Assembly (NCBI RefSeq): GCF_964355755.1
Contig: NC_092678.1
Coordinates: forward strand, 13,514,352 to 13,578,351
Length of the DNA: 64,000 bases
Reading direction: 5' to 3'
Origin: Antedon mediterranea
Taxonomy: Eukaryota > Animalia > Echinodermata
The notes below the pieces were generated by a model. It saw only the letters and a program-made list of their open reading frames with translations. It was not told the DNA's origin and did not search any database. Of this stretch, positions 26,520 through 40,531 are shown piece by piece. Numbering within the stretch: position 1 is the first letter of the stretch; each line of letters begins with the position of its first letter. The translations under genes were made by a program, and so were the position numbers.

Positions 26520-29500
26520 TTAGGTTATATGCATTATCATGCATATAACCTCTTGATTCTGTCAAAATCTTTATTTATTTATTGGTTATCCGCCTCAAGC
26601 GGATAACCTTTGTTATTGTAGTGTTACTTTTTTTTTTTATTATTCTTCTTTCTTTCTCCGATTTTGTGTACGCGTTTTCTCTTGAACGTGTTAACATAAC
26701 ATTTTGTAACTTGGTCAACATATAGACAATTAACTGAAGATGTACTGCGAAGCTTTTTGACAATGTCAGATCCGCGTAGCGTAAGTTACGCGCGATTTTC
26801 TGAAAATCTTAAATCGGTCATAACTTCGAAACCGATAAATATTTTTTAACGAAATTTTCAGCCACGTTTTCTTCACATCAATGGCTAACTTTTTCGCTCT
26901 TCAGCAAATTTTTGAACACTAGAAAGTCTGCGCGTAAACTGCGTTTGAAATTTTAAAATGCTCCTAATTTGTGCACGCTGTTTCTCTGTAACGCGTTAAC
27001 ATAACATTTTGTAACTTGTTCAACATATAGACATTTTACTGAAGTTGTCCAGCCAAGCTTTTTGACGATGTCAGAGCCGCGTAGCGTAAGTTACGCGTGA
27101 TTTTCTGAAAATCTTAAATCGGTTATAACTTCGAAACAAATGAATATTTTTTAACGTCATTTTCAGCCACGTTTGCTTCACATCAATAGTTAACTTTTTT
27201 AACGCTATCGCAATTTGTAACATTAGAAAGTGCGCGCGTAAATGGCGTTTGAAATTTTAAAATGCTTCAAATCAATTTCTGATTAAATTAGAGCACGATT
27301 CAGGTCATTTTAAGCGTTTAAAAAATTGCCACTGGTGCGCACATTTTTACGCGCGCACGGCGCAGGGAACAGGTATGAGCATTTCTTTTACACGATTTGT
27401 GTTTTTAAATCTTCTGTTAACAATTTTACGTTATTTTATTCACTTTTCAACTTGAAATGGCGTTCTACGAGCACGTTAAACATGACAGGTTGCGCACGAA
27501 AACGTCAACAAATTGTGAAAATGTTCCAAAATATGTCTACTTTTAAAAATGACACAGTTCATCAGAATGCAAGGTTACCCCCATTTTTTATTTTAATTTC
27601 TTGCAGTGTATGAATCATAGGTCTGATTTATGATAGTGTTGAATGCTAAAACGTGTTTGATGGCTACATTATTTGCATATTAAATATAATTTTTGAAATA
27701 TTTATCATCAAACAAACATGAACTTATTCAAAGAGCAAAACAATAAACATAACATTTATCTTTTTTCTTTACATGTTAATATATAAAACTTGAAAGTATG
27801 TACTTTCATAAAATATCAGCGTTTAAAATTTTTGAAGATTTCATCATAGTAAAATTTATGATTTAAGTTTGATATGTAATAATCAACTTGCATCGAGGGG
27901 GTTCACGACATACCGAATGAACGAGGACTCTTTCTTCGGATTTTCGTCAGCAGGTGGTCATATGGCTCGATGTGTAATGCAACCGACTTTGGTATCAGAG
28001 GTACCGGGTTCGAGTCCCGTCACGGGAAAACAATTAATTAAAAGGGTTTAGTTGGTTATTACACTGAGAGGGCAGTTTTAATTTTGAATAGCCTACTTTT
28101 TTTGGAAAAGTCATAACTTGGAAGTACTTGAATACGCAAGATACGCTTTGTTGCTGGCGGATAACCAAACTCGTCCTCAAGTGACGAGTTTAAGTTCTAG
28201 TTTATTTATTCTTTCCTTAGCACTATTTTGTCCGTGAATTATCTTGATATCAGTTTCATCTATCTAAGTCAATTTTTCAGAGTATATTCCTTATGGCCAG
28301 GAATCGATGTGGTTATATTTTCACGATGCGTATTCAAAAATTACGCGGTCTACGCGCGATTTTACGAAATCACGTTTGTAATCATATCTTCACAAGCATG
28401 AATCACAATTAAACAAAATTTGGTACTCATAAATTTCAGGTCATATTTCATCATATGGCAATACAGTTACGTGCGTAGCGCATATAACGCTTGCGTACGC
28501 GCGCTTAAAATGTTCAAAATTGTCAAAATTTATTTTCGATGAAATTAGAGTACGTTTCAGGCAATTTTAAGCGTTTAAAAAATTGCCATGAGTGCGCAGA
28601 TTTTTGCACGCGCACTGCGCGTTATACGTTAATGCGCACTCTTTTTGTCCGATTTCGGTTGTACAACCTTTCTTTAATAATATCATCATATTTTATTCAC
28701 TTTTCAACGCGTAATTGCCTTATACGAGCACGTCAAAAGTGACAGGCTACGCACGTGTAAGTTAACAAAATGGTGAAAATATGCTAAATTTTAAAATTAA
28801 TATAGATCGTCAGAATGCTCGGGAACACATATTTTTTATTTCATTTTCTTGAAGTGTATGTATCTTATGTATGATATATTATTAAACTAAGGGAACAAAA
28901 GTTGATTAAGCCATGATTAATTGCATATTAAATTTAAAAAAATAATTTCGACAATCAAACAAATTATGACATTTTCTTAGGCCAAAATAACAAACTTAAC
29001 ATTAACTTTCATCCTTCAAAAGTTCATATATTAAAGTTAAAAGTATATAGTTTGACCGTGCATCATTTTTGTACATTTTTAGAGATGTCATCATAGTAAA
29101 AAATTATAATTCATTGCGGTATGTAATAATCTATCTGCACCAAAGTGGTTACTGCATAGTAAATACACGGAGGAAGTTTTTCTACAATTTTTAGTCAGTT
29201 GTGTATGGCTCGGTGGTGTGTGGTCGTGTCTATGGCACTCCAGGTACCGAGATCGAGTCTCACCTTGGGAAACGAAATAAGATTTTTTTTTTATTAACCG
29301 TATTGTTTGTTCAAATTTATTTCTTAGTGTATATATTATACACATGATTTATAATGAAATCTAGATAAAAAATAACTTATGTCTTTATTATTATGTAACA
29401 GCAAATGTGGTTTATGACATTATACGCAGAGGGATCTTTGATCGGATTGTAATACCGGCTATTGTATTCGCGTTAGCAAGGTCCTATCATATATTATAAA

Positions 29501-29683
29501 TAATTAAAGAATCTGAGAAAATCAATGAATCAAAATATCTTTTAAAAATCAATTATCTTTATTTTAATTATCAATGCATATAACCTATAATTCGTCATAG
29601 TGACGAATTAAATCTAGTTTATTTATTTATTTATTAGGTTATATGCATGATATGCATATAACCTCTTGATTCTGTCAGAATCT

Positions 29684-29738
<55 letters not shown>

Positions 29739-32554
29739 TTCTTTCCTTAGCACTATTTGTCCGTCAATTATCTTGGCATCGGTTTTATCTATCTAAGTCA
29801 ATTTTTCAGAGTATATTCCTTATGGCCAGGAATCGATGTGGTTATGTTTTCACGGTGCGCAATCAAAAATTACGCGGTCTACGCGCGATTTAACGAAATC
29901 ACGTTTGTAATCATATCTTCACAAACATGAATCACTTTTAAACAAAATTTGGTACTCATAAATTTCAGGTCATATTTCATCATATGGCAATACAATTACG
30001 TGCGTAGCGCATATAACGCATGCGTACGCGCGCTTAAAATGTTGAAAATTGTCAGAATTTATTTTCGATGAAATTAGAGTACGTTTCAGGCAATTTTAAG
30101 CGTTTAAAAAATTGCCATGAGTGCGCAGATTTTTGCACGCGCACTGCGCGTCAAACGTTAATGCGCACTGTTTGTGTCCGATTACTGTTGTATAACCTTT
30201 CTTTAATAATATCATCATATTTTATTCACTTTTCAACGCGAAACAGCGTTATACGAGCACGTCAAAAGTGACGGGCTACGCACGTGTAAGTTAACAAAAT
30301 GGTGAAAATATGCTAAATTTTAAAATTAATATATATCGTTAGAATGCTCGGGAACACCTATTTTTTATTTAATTTTCTTGAAGTGTATGTATCATATGTA
30401 TGATTTATTATGAAATTAGAAGAACAAAAGTTGATTAAGTCATCATTAATGGCATATTAAATTTAACAAAATTAATTTCGACAATCAAACAAATTATAAC
30501 ATTTTCTTAGGCCAAAATAACAAACTTAACGTTAACTTTCTTCCTTAAGAAGTTCATATATTAAAGTTAAAAGTATATAGTTTGACAGTGCATCATTTTT
30601 TTAAATTTTTAAAGATGTCATCATAGTAAAACATTATAATTCATTGCGGTATGTAATAATCTATCTGCACCAAAGTGGTTACTGCATAGTAAATACACGG
30701 AGGAATTTTTCTCCAAGTTTTGGTCAGTTGTGTATGGCTCGATGGTCTGTGCTCGTGTCAATGGTCTTCAAGGTACCGAGTTCGAGTCTCACCTTGGGAA
30801 ACGAAATAAGATTTTTTATTTTATTATCCGTATTGTTCAAATTTATTTCTTAGTGTATAGATTATACACATGATTTATAATGAAATCTAGATAAAAAGTT
30901 ACTTTATGTCTTTTTTATTATGTAACAACAAATGCGGTTTATGACATTATACGCAGAGGGATCTTTGATCGGATTGTGATACCGGCTATGGTGTTCGCGT
31001 TAGCAAGGTCCTATCATATATTATAAATAATTAAAGATTCTGAGAAAATCAATCAATCAATATATCTTTTAAAAATCAATTATCTTTATTTAAATCAATG
31101 CATATAACCTATAATTCGTCATAGTGACGAATTAAATCTAGTTTATTTATTCTTTCCTTAGCACTATTTTGTCCGTGCATTATCTTGGCATCAGTTTAAT
31201 CTAGCTAAGTCAAGTTTTCAGAGTATATTCCTCATGGCCAGGAATCGATGTGGTTATATTTTCATGATGCGTAATCAAAAATTACGCGGTCTACGCGCGA
31301 TTTTACGAAATCACGTTTGTAATCATATCTTCACAAGCATGAATCACAATTAAACAAAATTTGGTACTCATAAATTTCAGGTCATATTCCATCATATGGA
31401 AATAAAATTACGTGCGTAGCGCATGTAACGCTTGCGTACGCGCGCTTAAAATGTTCAAAATTGTCAAAATTTATTTTCGATGAAATTAGAGTACGTTTCA
31501 GGCAATTTTAAGCGTTTAAAAAAATGCCATGAGTGCGCAGATTTTTGCACGCGCACTGCGCGTTAAACGTTAATGCGCACTCTTTTTGCCCGATTTCTGT
31601 TTTACAATCTTTCTTTAATAATATCATCATTTTTGATTCAGGTTTCAACTCGAAATTGCGTTATACGAGCACATCAAAAGTGACTGGCTACGCACGTATA
31701 AGTTAACAAAATGGTGAAAATATGCTAAATTTTAAAATTAATATATATCGTCAGAATGCAGGGGAACACCTATTTTTTATTTCATTTTCTTGAAGTGTAT
31801 GTATCATATGTATGATTTATTATCAAATAAAGAGAACAAAAGTTGATTAAGTCATCATTAATTGCATATTAAATAAAAAAAAAATAATTTCGACAATCAA
31901 ACAAATTATGACATTTTCTTAGGCCAAAATAACAAACTTAACATTAACTTTCTTCCTTCAAAAATTCATATATTAAAGTTAAAAGTATGTAGTTTGACAG
32001 TGCATCATTTGTATACATTTTAAAAATGTCATCATAGTAAAAAATTATAATTCATTTCGGTATGTAATAATCTATTTGCATCAAAGTGGTTACTGCATAG
32101 TAAATACACGGAGGAATTTTTCTACAACTTTTAGTCAGTTGTGTACGGCTCGGTGGTCTGTGCTCGTGTCTATGGCATTCAAGGTACCGAGATCGAGTCT
32201 CACCTTGGGAAACGAAATAAGATTTTTTTTTTATTATCCGTATTGTTTGTTCAAATTTATTTCTTAGTGTATAGATTATACACATGATTTATAATGAAAT
32301 CTAGATACAAATTAACTTATGTCTTTATTATTATGTAACAACAAATGTGGTTTATGACATTATACGCATATGGATCTTTGATCGGATTGTGATACCGGCT
32401 ATGGTGTTCGCGTTAGCAAGGTCCTACCATATATTATAAATAATTAAAGATTCTGAGAAAATCAATCAATCAATATATCTTTTAAAAATCAATTATCTTT
32501 ATTTAAATCAATGCATATAACCTATAATTCGTCATAGTGACGAATTAAATCTAG
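26358..32554 (+). mobile_element. Duplicate nested B stack with a different A insertion
   Basis: Order: 3 B heads; complete A element; B body (to 29617); B head; B bodies (to 31141, 32554). Confidence 0.82.
26582..28200 (+). mobile_element. Complete family A element (1619 bp)
   Basis: Runs from TTGGTTATCCGCctcaaGCGGATAACC to GCGGATAACCAAACTCGTCctcaagtGACGAGTttaagttCTAG. Length equals the offset change between copies; the site is empty at ~8823. Confidence 0.88.
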
Positions 32555-33067
32555 TTTGCCTTTGGATTTATATATATATATATATATATATAAACAAATC
32601 AGGCAAAGAACATTAATTCTAAACCGCCCGGTGATATACTGACATTTAATTAATTAATTTGAAACGATAAAGATGAGGAAATTTGTGAGAATGAGAAAAA
32701 GTCGCCCCAACCGAGACTCGAACTCGGACCGCCTGCTTGATATGCAGATGTCCTAACCATTAGACCACTGGGGGCTTTCATGGTATTGTTCGAACTCGAT
32801 TGGATAGCGACTCTTTAACATTCTCGGCGTATTATATATACATTACTTTTGCCAGAGACATTCACATATTAACAATTATTTACACTTGAAGCTTTTGTCT
32901 TTGTTTTAAATTTCCTGCTTTATAAGCAACCATTCCTGCTTTGTACCCCATAGCTTTTGGAGGCGTGCCTTTATAACTATGCCTTTTGTTTGTTAACATC
33001 TTTGATTGGCTGATTTGTTTTATTATGTAATGTTGTGACTTATATATGTTATCCTTTGTTACAATTC

Positions 33068-33110
33068 TTTTCACCTGATGATGGGCTATTCCCGAAACAT
33101 GTCGTTAAAA
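33068..33110 (+). ncRNA. Duplicate minimal hammerhead ribozyme
   Basis: Identical to 16314-16356. Confidence 0.65.
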
Positions 33111-33149
33111 TAAATCTATACTGAGGCAGTTTTAACTTATTTGATCTTG

Positions 33150-33183
<34 letters not shown>

Positions 33184-34078
33184 AAATCAGGCAAAGAACA
33201 TTAATTCTAAACCGCCTGGTGATATACTGAAATTTAATTAATTAATTTGAAACGATAAAGATGAGGAAATCTGTGAGAATGAGAAAAAGTCGCTCCAACC
33301 GAGACTCGAACTCGGACCGCCTGCTTGATATGCATATGTCCTAACCATTAGACCACTGGGACTTTCATGGTATTGTTCGAACTCGATTGGATAACGACTC
33401 TTTAACATTCTCGGCGTGGTACGGCGGAACAGCACTAGTCCTCAGTTGTACGCACGCGCAACAGAGATCAAATTGATACGCCCTCATCTTTCAGTATTTT
33501 TATTCACGAGGCGGGATCTCCGAAGAGATACTTTTATATATATAAACACAAGAGGCAAAAAACATTAATTCTAAACCGCCCGGTGATATACTGAAATTTA
33601 ATTAATTAATTTGAAACGATAAAGATGAGGAAATCTGTGAGAATGAGAAAAAGTAAATACGACTAGTTATTATTATTAAAAGTAGACACGATCGTCTCTA
33701 TGATGGGCCCGATCTTCCAGGGGCCCGATCGTCTGTTTACCGTTATTGTTAATAACTAACATCTATCCTAGCATCCCCCTGAACTAGAAGCCTAGCTAGT
33801 AGTAGCGCCCAAAATTAATATGATTATAATAAATTAATTTTTTATTATTGATAGGTGACAGGTCTAGAAAGACGATAGGCTAGGCCTACAGTCTACTAGT
33901 ACTAGCCTAATTATAGTTATACTATTCATCTACATCATCAGAGAATAGCAATTGCCAATTTGGATCTCATTGAGTTGACAAGCATTTTTGTAAAAATTAA
34001 GATTATACTAATTTTGTTCAAGTACCTTTTTAAATAGATACAGTACTACATATCTACATAAATAAACTACATAAAAAA

Positions 34079-34112
<34 letters not shown>

Positions 34113-35011
34113 TAATTATAATAATAACAATAATAATAATAATAATAATAATAAGATTATACAGCGCAAATATGTAAAAGTTATCAGCAGATATGTTATA
34201 TGAACAGCACAATGGAAATGCCATGTTGTTAGTTGAAATAAAAGTGGAACAACCACACGAAAGAGAGAAAGAAAAAATAATGATATTTAAATAGTTAGTT
34301 AAAATGTTAATATTGAAACTGTTAACACAGAGAAAGTTGTAATTAATATGTGATAATACTGTAGTGTATAAAAACTTATTGGGACCGTTTCCGTACGGTA
34401 AACCATTGTATCCCCGACTGTAGAGGGCAGTGTTCAAAAGCATTACAAAAACCGATTATGTAAAATAATAATAGACACGTGTTTCGCCCTCGCGAGGTCA
34501 CCGTCAGTTTGACCTTTTAGTGTGTATACAATTGGTAAAATGGTAAACAAACACATAACAGTGAGAGGTATGTTAAAGCAATGGGAGAACTGAGAGATGA
34601 TCATCTTAAAAAGCAATCGTCAAAACTAGCCTTTTGATGGAATGGCATGGTAATGTTATTTATTTTCTAAACTTATGTTTTATATTCACTGTAGAATTAT
34701 TTGGGCATTTGGTTCGGAATCATCGACTTTATTTATGTATTGTCATTTGGTTTGTGGCCTAGGCTACTGTACTAGGCTAGCCTAGCTAGGCCTAGCCTAG
34801 ACTAGGCCCTAGTACTAGTAGAGGCTATATATTTTACGGTGCATTTACTACATGTTAACTGTTGATTTTATTTACAAATGTTGCGTAAATATATTAATTA
34901 TTATCTTTCATTCTTCTTCATGCTCCTGTTGCATCTTCCATAATATTATGTGATGTTCTTCGGCGCAATAAACAGACACCCAAGCCTCCTTAGGCCTAGT
35001 AGACCAAGTAC

Positions 35012-38000
35012 GGGTGTGTCGAAAGCGAAGACCTCGAAAGCGAAGATCGAAGACCGAAGACCTCGAAAGCGAAGACCCGGCCTACACGGTAGTGTACACA
35101 AAATCGGACCAAAATCACACACAACTGATGATAACACCTTGAATTTACAGATTCTAAAAAAATATTTCGATTTTAATCGTTATGTTATCAAAAAACATGA
35201 CTTTATCTATGAACAAGCTCACGTGTATTCTCCAATGGAGTTAATATGTGATATGGTTTTACGAACAAACACATCGCGCTATTTGCAAGGCGACGGACGC
35301 ACAAGAAGGACATCGCACAGAGCATTGAATTGAATGCAATGCCTACAATTTAAAACCATAGCCAAATTGTATAGAAAAAGTATAGAAATAAACTACAATA
35401 TGTAAATTATAAGAAGTAAAGGATTGCGATAGCCCTATTTAGGCTAATTTTAGAGCCTATATAAAAAGTGTCCGTATCATAGATTTTACACTTGTTTTAA
35501 AAAATGTTATACGCGTGAATACAACTTAGAGATCCTTTTTTTTTTGCATTTAAATATGTTGATATTATGTTTATTATCTATAATATTTGCATATTATCTA
35601 AAATGTATGAATAAATACAATAAGATATTTATTTTCCTTTAATTATTCTGTATAGTATTTTAAACGTTTACATTTTCCCCATTTTAGCCTATACTGCAGT
35701 ATTGCTGATTTAATTATTCGCCAGTTTAAAAATGTTTTTCTAATAATAATGGACAAATAATATTATCAGTATCGGTTAGTGTGATTGGTGAAGCGACAGT
35801 AATATGTAAAGAAGAAAAATGTAAAAAGTAAAATAAATATTTCATTAACCAACGTATGAACAGCTTGGTTCCCACTAGAACGTAACGCAAGGACGTAAAC
35901 GCAAGCGTTTTAACCAATGACAAGCGAAGTTATAGACAGTTAGCAATCAACAAAAACATCCTGCCGCAACGTATCGTATTGACGCGCAACATAAGAAAAT
36001 ACTCTATTTTGCATCCCCTCACGAGAGAATCATTACGATGAACGTAACTGAGGCATAAACGGTGTTGAACACGTCGGCTCCCACTTGTGAAGACACGCAA
36101 GTTTGTTCTTAATGCGCACTTTGCGTGGATCTGGAAACTAATTCCAGCTCTTAAAATATTTCCAGGCCAAATTTGACAGAACATATTCAAATTATGATTT
36201 GACAAAAAGCTAAAAAGAACGAACGATAGGAATCAGCGTTCTGCAAATTTTGGTTATAATCGATCGTTTCCTGCGACATATAATCTGTTTCACGGCTTCC
36301 ATAATTCAGAATAACATTTAATTATGCCATTATGTCAACGTTAACAAAGACAAAAGCCATTCAAAACAAAGATTGAAATAAAAAATATTCGCTCCAAAAT
36401 TGTCGATTTTGTTACGGTTGCAATGTGATTAGTGACGATATTAAAACGGGTGTTTATTTATATCGGTATTACGTTTACCGACACTGTCAAAAGACATTTC
36501 CAGTTCCAGACAGTTTAATGAAGTTCCAGTTCCGCCAACCACAATTGTCCTTATCATCAAAGTAAAAAAACTGACTTCTGAAGCATTGCCCGTGGTGAAT
36601 ACAAAAAAAAGAGTTACTCTCTATACATGTCTTTGTTAAGGATGGTGAATTTTTATCGGGCTTAACCACTCTAACCCCCAACCTTCTATCTCACAGGCTT
36701 GTGGGATGAGACGACTATTCAACAGTCTCCCGATTTTCAACAGATTGTCGACGTCCCGCTTCTAAATGTTTGCATATCCCTGCCATGAGTCTCCATTAAC
36801 AAAAGAAAATATAAATTTAAAAAAAATGAAGAAACAGGTTACCGGTTGTATACTGACCATTTAAATATAGAATTGACACTACACAAACAAATCTAAGAGA
36901 ATTATATACTATTATAACGGGTTAACGATCGAGCAAAATCTTCAGAATGTGATGCCTATCGTTCGTTCTACAGTAGGCCTATTAATTTGAATACAGTATA
37001 ATTTTTGATTTTGACAATAAAAAGATATAAAATAAAGTTCCGTTAGTTCACGGTAAGCTATTGGGACGAACTGTCATCGGCCCGGGAAATATTTTAAGAG
37101 CTGAAATTTGTTTTCAGATCGACGCAACGTATCCACGCAAAGTGCAACACAAGGACGTAACGCAACGCAAGTGAATTGACCAATCACAAGCGATGGCTTA
37201 TTCGCTTCTGATTACTAACTGTCTATAACTTCGCTTGTCATTGGTTAAAACGCTTGCGTTGCGTGTACGTTCTTGCGTTACGTTCTAGTGGGAACCAAGC
37301 TTAAGGAAATAACCTTGCGTGTCATCACAAGTGGGAATCGACGTGTTCAACACACCGTTTCTGCTTTACGTTCATCATAATGATCTTTTCGATCGTGAGG
37401 GGATGCAAAATAGATAGATGACTATTTTTCTTTACGTTGCGCATCAATACGATACGTTGTGGCAGGATTTTTTTGTTAGTGGTTTATACGTTGGTTAATG
37501 AAATATCTATTTTCCTTTTTAAATTTTTCTTTACATAGTAGGCCTACTGTCGTTTCACCAACCACACTAAATATTCTGATACTGATATATTATTTGTCTA
37601 TTATGAATACATTAGAAAACATTTTGAAACTGGCGATTAAGTAAAACAGCAATAGTATACAATGGGAAAATGTAAAAGTTTAAATACAATACAGGAAAAT
37701 GAATATCTTATTGTATTTATTTATACATTTAGATAATAAACAATAGGCAAATATTATAGATAAAAAACACATAGCAACATATAAAATCAAAATACGGACA
37801 CTTTTTATTATAGGCTCTAAAATAAGCCTAAAAAAAGCCTACCGCCATCCTTTACTTCTTACAATTTACTTTATGTAGTTTATTTCTATACTTATAAACA
37901 ATTGGCTATGGGTTTAAATTGTAGGCGACGTGTGCTACAAAGTTATCGGAACAAAAGTGACATTTAATTTTGCATTCAATTCAATGCTCTGTGCGAGGGC

Positions 38001-38295
38001 CTTCTTGTGCGTCCGTCGCCTTGCAAATAGCGCGATGTGTTTGTTCGTAAAACCATATCACATATTAACTCCATTGGTGAAAACGCGTGAGCCTGTTCAT
38101 AGATAAAGTCATGTTTTTTGATAACGTAACAATTAAAATCGAAATATTTTTTTAGAATCTGTAAATTCAAGGTGTTATCACGATTTTGTATGATTTTGGT
38201 CGGATTTTGTAAACACTACCATTTCGTAGGGTCTTCGCTTTCGAGGTCTTCGGTCTTCGATCTTCGCTTTCGAGGTCTTCGCTTTCGACACACCC
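35012..38295. mobile_element. Duplicate foldback / MULE-like element
   Basis: Matches 18258-21541 with the same flanking repeat. Confidence 0.85.
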
Positions 38296-38540
38296 GACCA
38301 AGTACCGCATCAGGCAACGCCACCGGGCGGGCGGAGAGACACGAGCACATCGTGGAAGTACCTTTCCTTGAAAAATTTCCAAGATTTTTATTATTATTAT
38401 TTTATTTTTATTATTATTTTATTGTTTATGTTATATTATATATAAATTATAATTATTGTTAAAGCTTAATTACAGTTAATGTAATTGACATAATAATATG
38501 CCCAGCCAGATGTAGGAGTGGCTGGCAGGTAAAAGCTTAA

Positions 38541-39166
38541 AGACCCCTTCCCTGCAATTTTGGACGTTTTTTGGAAAATAATACATATATATCACTTTAA
38601 AAACATTAAACCATGTCATTCCTTGTCTTAAATGTACGTTTTATGGTAAATTATGATAAAAAGTGAGAAACAATGCACTACCTAAGTAGCTCGCGGCGAT
38701 CGACCTCTCGTGGACGGTCTCAGGCCTAGCCTAGCTAGGCTTAGTTTTGTAGGCCTAGCTGGTAAACATCGGTAACGTACGAACATCGTACGCTAGCTAT
38801 ATACCTAGCCTGACGTTGTATAGTTGCTGCATTAATTGTCTTTCTATTTTTGCCAGACTCCGTTGATACAAATTGGGGAAAACCCGGTATTTTCGCTGAA
38901 AAGTTAGGAGTCTTCCATTTGTTTTGGCTTCACGATCGATCGAAAAGTGGGCGAATTACAGGTGAAAAACAACAATATCAATCCGCGCGCAATGCATTTT
39001 GGGATTTATAGCGGGCCGCTATAATTATTAAAATCGATTTATTTTTCACATTTTTAACCGTTTAAAGACGAAAAAAGTTATCGCAATAGGACCATATAGT
39101 ATTATTTTTACATTAAATATAGTTTGTGATCTTAAATTAGATCTAAAAAACGTAGGGAATGGGGCT
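38541..39166. mobile_element. Duplicate Kolobok-type MITE
   Basis: Matches 21787-22412. Confidence 0.72.
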
Positions 39167-40176
39167 TTAAGCTTTCTGTTTTGAATATTTGGTAGTCTAG
39201 ATGATAAATATGATAGTACGTGGAGCATGACGAAAATATAGTAGGGACTACTTTTATACTTCCATACTGTACAATCATGTGTATAATATATTCCAAGCAG
39301 CAGACTTACTACAAAATTACTATGACAGTTGTTAGCCTATGATTATGATATAATTTTCTTTTAAAGGAATCAAGATGTACTTCTAGTTACTGTATCAGGT
39401 TCAAAGATTGTAAGTCATGTGCAAAGGTTGAAGGATGTGGTTGGTTTGATTCAACTCGTACCTGTCTGCCGGGTACAAGCACAGGGCCCGATGACGCAGT
39501 TACCTGTCATGCATGGTTTCACAACTATTGTTTTAGCACCGGGACATGCTCCAGCAATATCGAGGTAGATTTTTTTATTTTTTGTTTAAAACGTTTACTT
39601 CACATTCAGATTGTTTTAAAACTATACACATTCTATACAATTCAATTCGTCGAGTTTCAAAAATTACTTTACGATGTTGAAAGCCTTATGGAAACTACAC
39701 AATAAATAAATAGGCCTATTTATAACCGAAGCATATAATTTATTGTTTAACATCATCATCTATTCATAATCTCAAAAATCAACTTAGACATTAGATTGTG
39801 AACGAACACACTGCAACTTTACAAGATTAAGTGCTAAAACAGGATCATGCCAGAGTTGTCTGGATTTGAAGCAATGTTTTACTAATACAGTGAGTATAAT
39901 TTACATTAGGTTTATGCAATTATTTAGGACGCTTTTTGGGGATTACGTTTATTCTAGTTAATGCCTCTCATAAACTTACTGCAGTAACAGCAGCAGTCTA
40001 ATTTTGACATTATCCCTTATAAGAACCAGAAAGCGTTCTTTTCAATGTTTTGTTACTTGTCTAATTAACAAATTCAATGCACTATTACTTTTTTGCATAC
40101 ATTTAGAATAAATAATGTGTCCTAGTTATGTCTAATTCATCACAGCACATTTCACCCTTTATAATCTACCGATTTC

Positions 40177-40531
40177 ATCCATCATCATCAGTCGGCTGCG
40201 GAGCAGGCGACTACAAGCTTTCTCCAGCTACAACAGTCCTTGGCTAAATCTGATAGCTTATCAGAGGTAATCATTCCTTCTTCATCCCCTAAAAGCTGTT
40301 GGATGTATCTCAGAAAGTTGGTTCTCTGCCTTCCTCGTTTCTTTTTCCATGTTGAGGAACATACAGAGCGTACCCTTTGCATGGTTCGTCATCAGGCATT
40401 CGAAGCGCGGAACTTCAATTGGCGGGATCTAATATTTTCAACGAGTGGTCTGGTCTTAGTTAGGTCATAGATAGATAGAAGCATTTGGCATTCTATCTGT
40501 TCTCGTGATATTTAGCATCATTCTATAGCAT
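40177..40531 (-). mobile_element. Degenerate RTE-like LINE 3' fragment
   Basis: Minus strand translates to YRMMLNITRTDRMPN..IRSRQLKF..KKRGRQRTNF..WRKLVVACSAAD* with frameshifts, followed by a short (GAT)n-like tail. Confidence 0.65.

Larger units (their letters stand above)
5433..39939 (+). repeat. Large tandem segmental duplication: copy 1 5433-23185, copy 2 23183-39939
   Basis: ORF track and sequence recur at offsets 17750, 17758, 19377 and 16754. The junction at 23183-23185 shares only TGG with both parental ends (5433-5435 and 39937-39939). Confidence 0.92.

Noticed and set aside
3350-30271. Recurrent 67-aa ORF MKLEYVSGNF... and other short ORFs in the A/B bodies
   Set aside because: They recur only because the repeat recurs. 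No recognisable domain, and a premature stop interrupts the ORF in the 14388-15800 copy.
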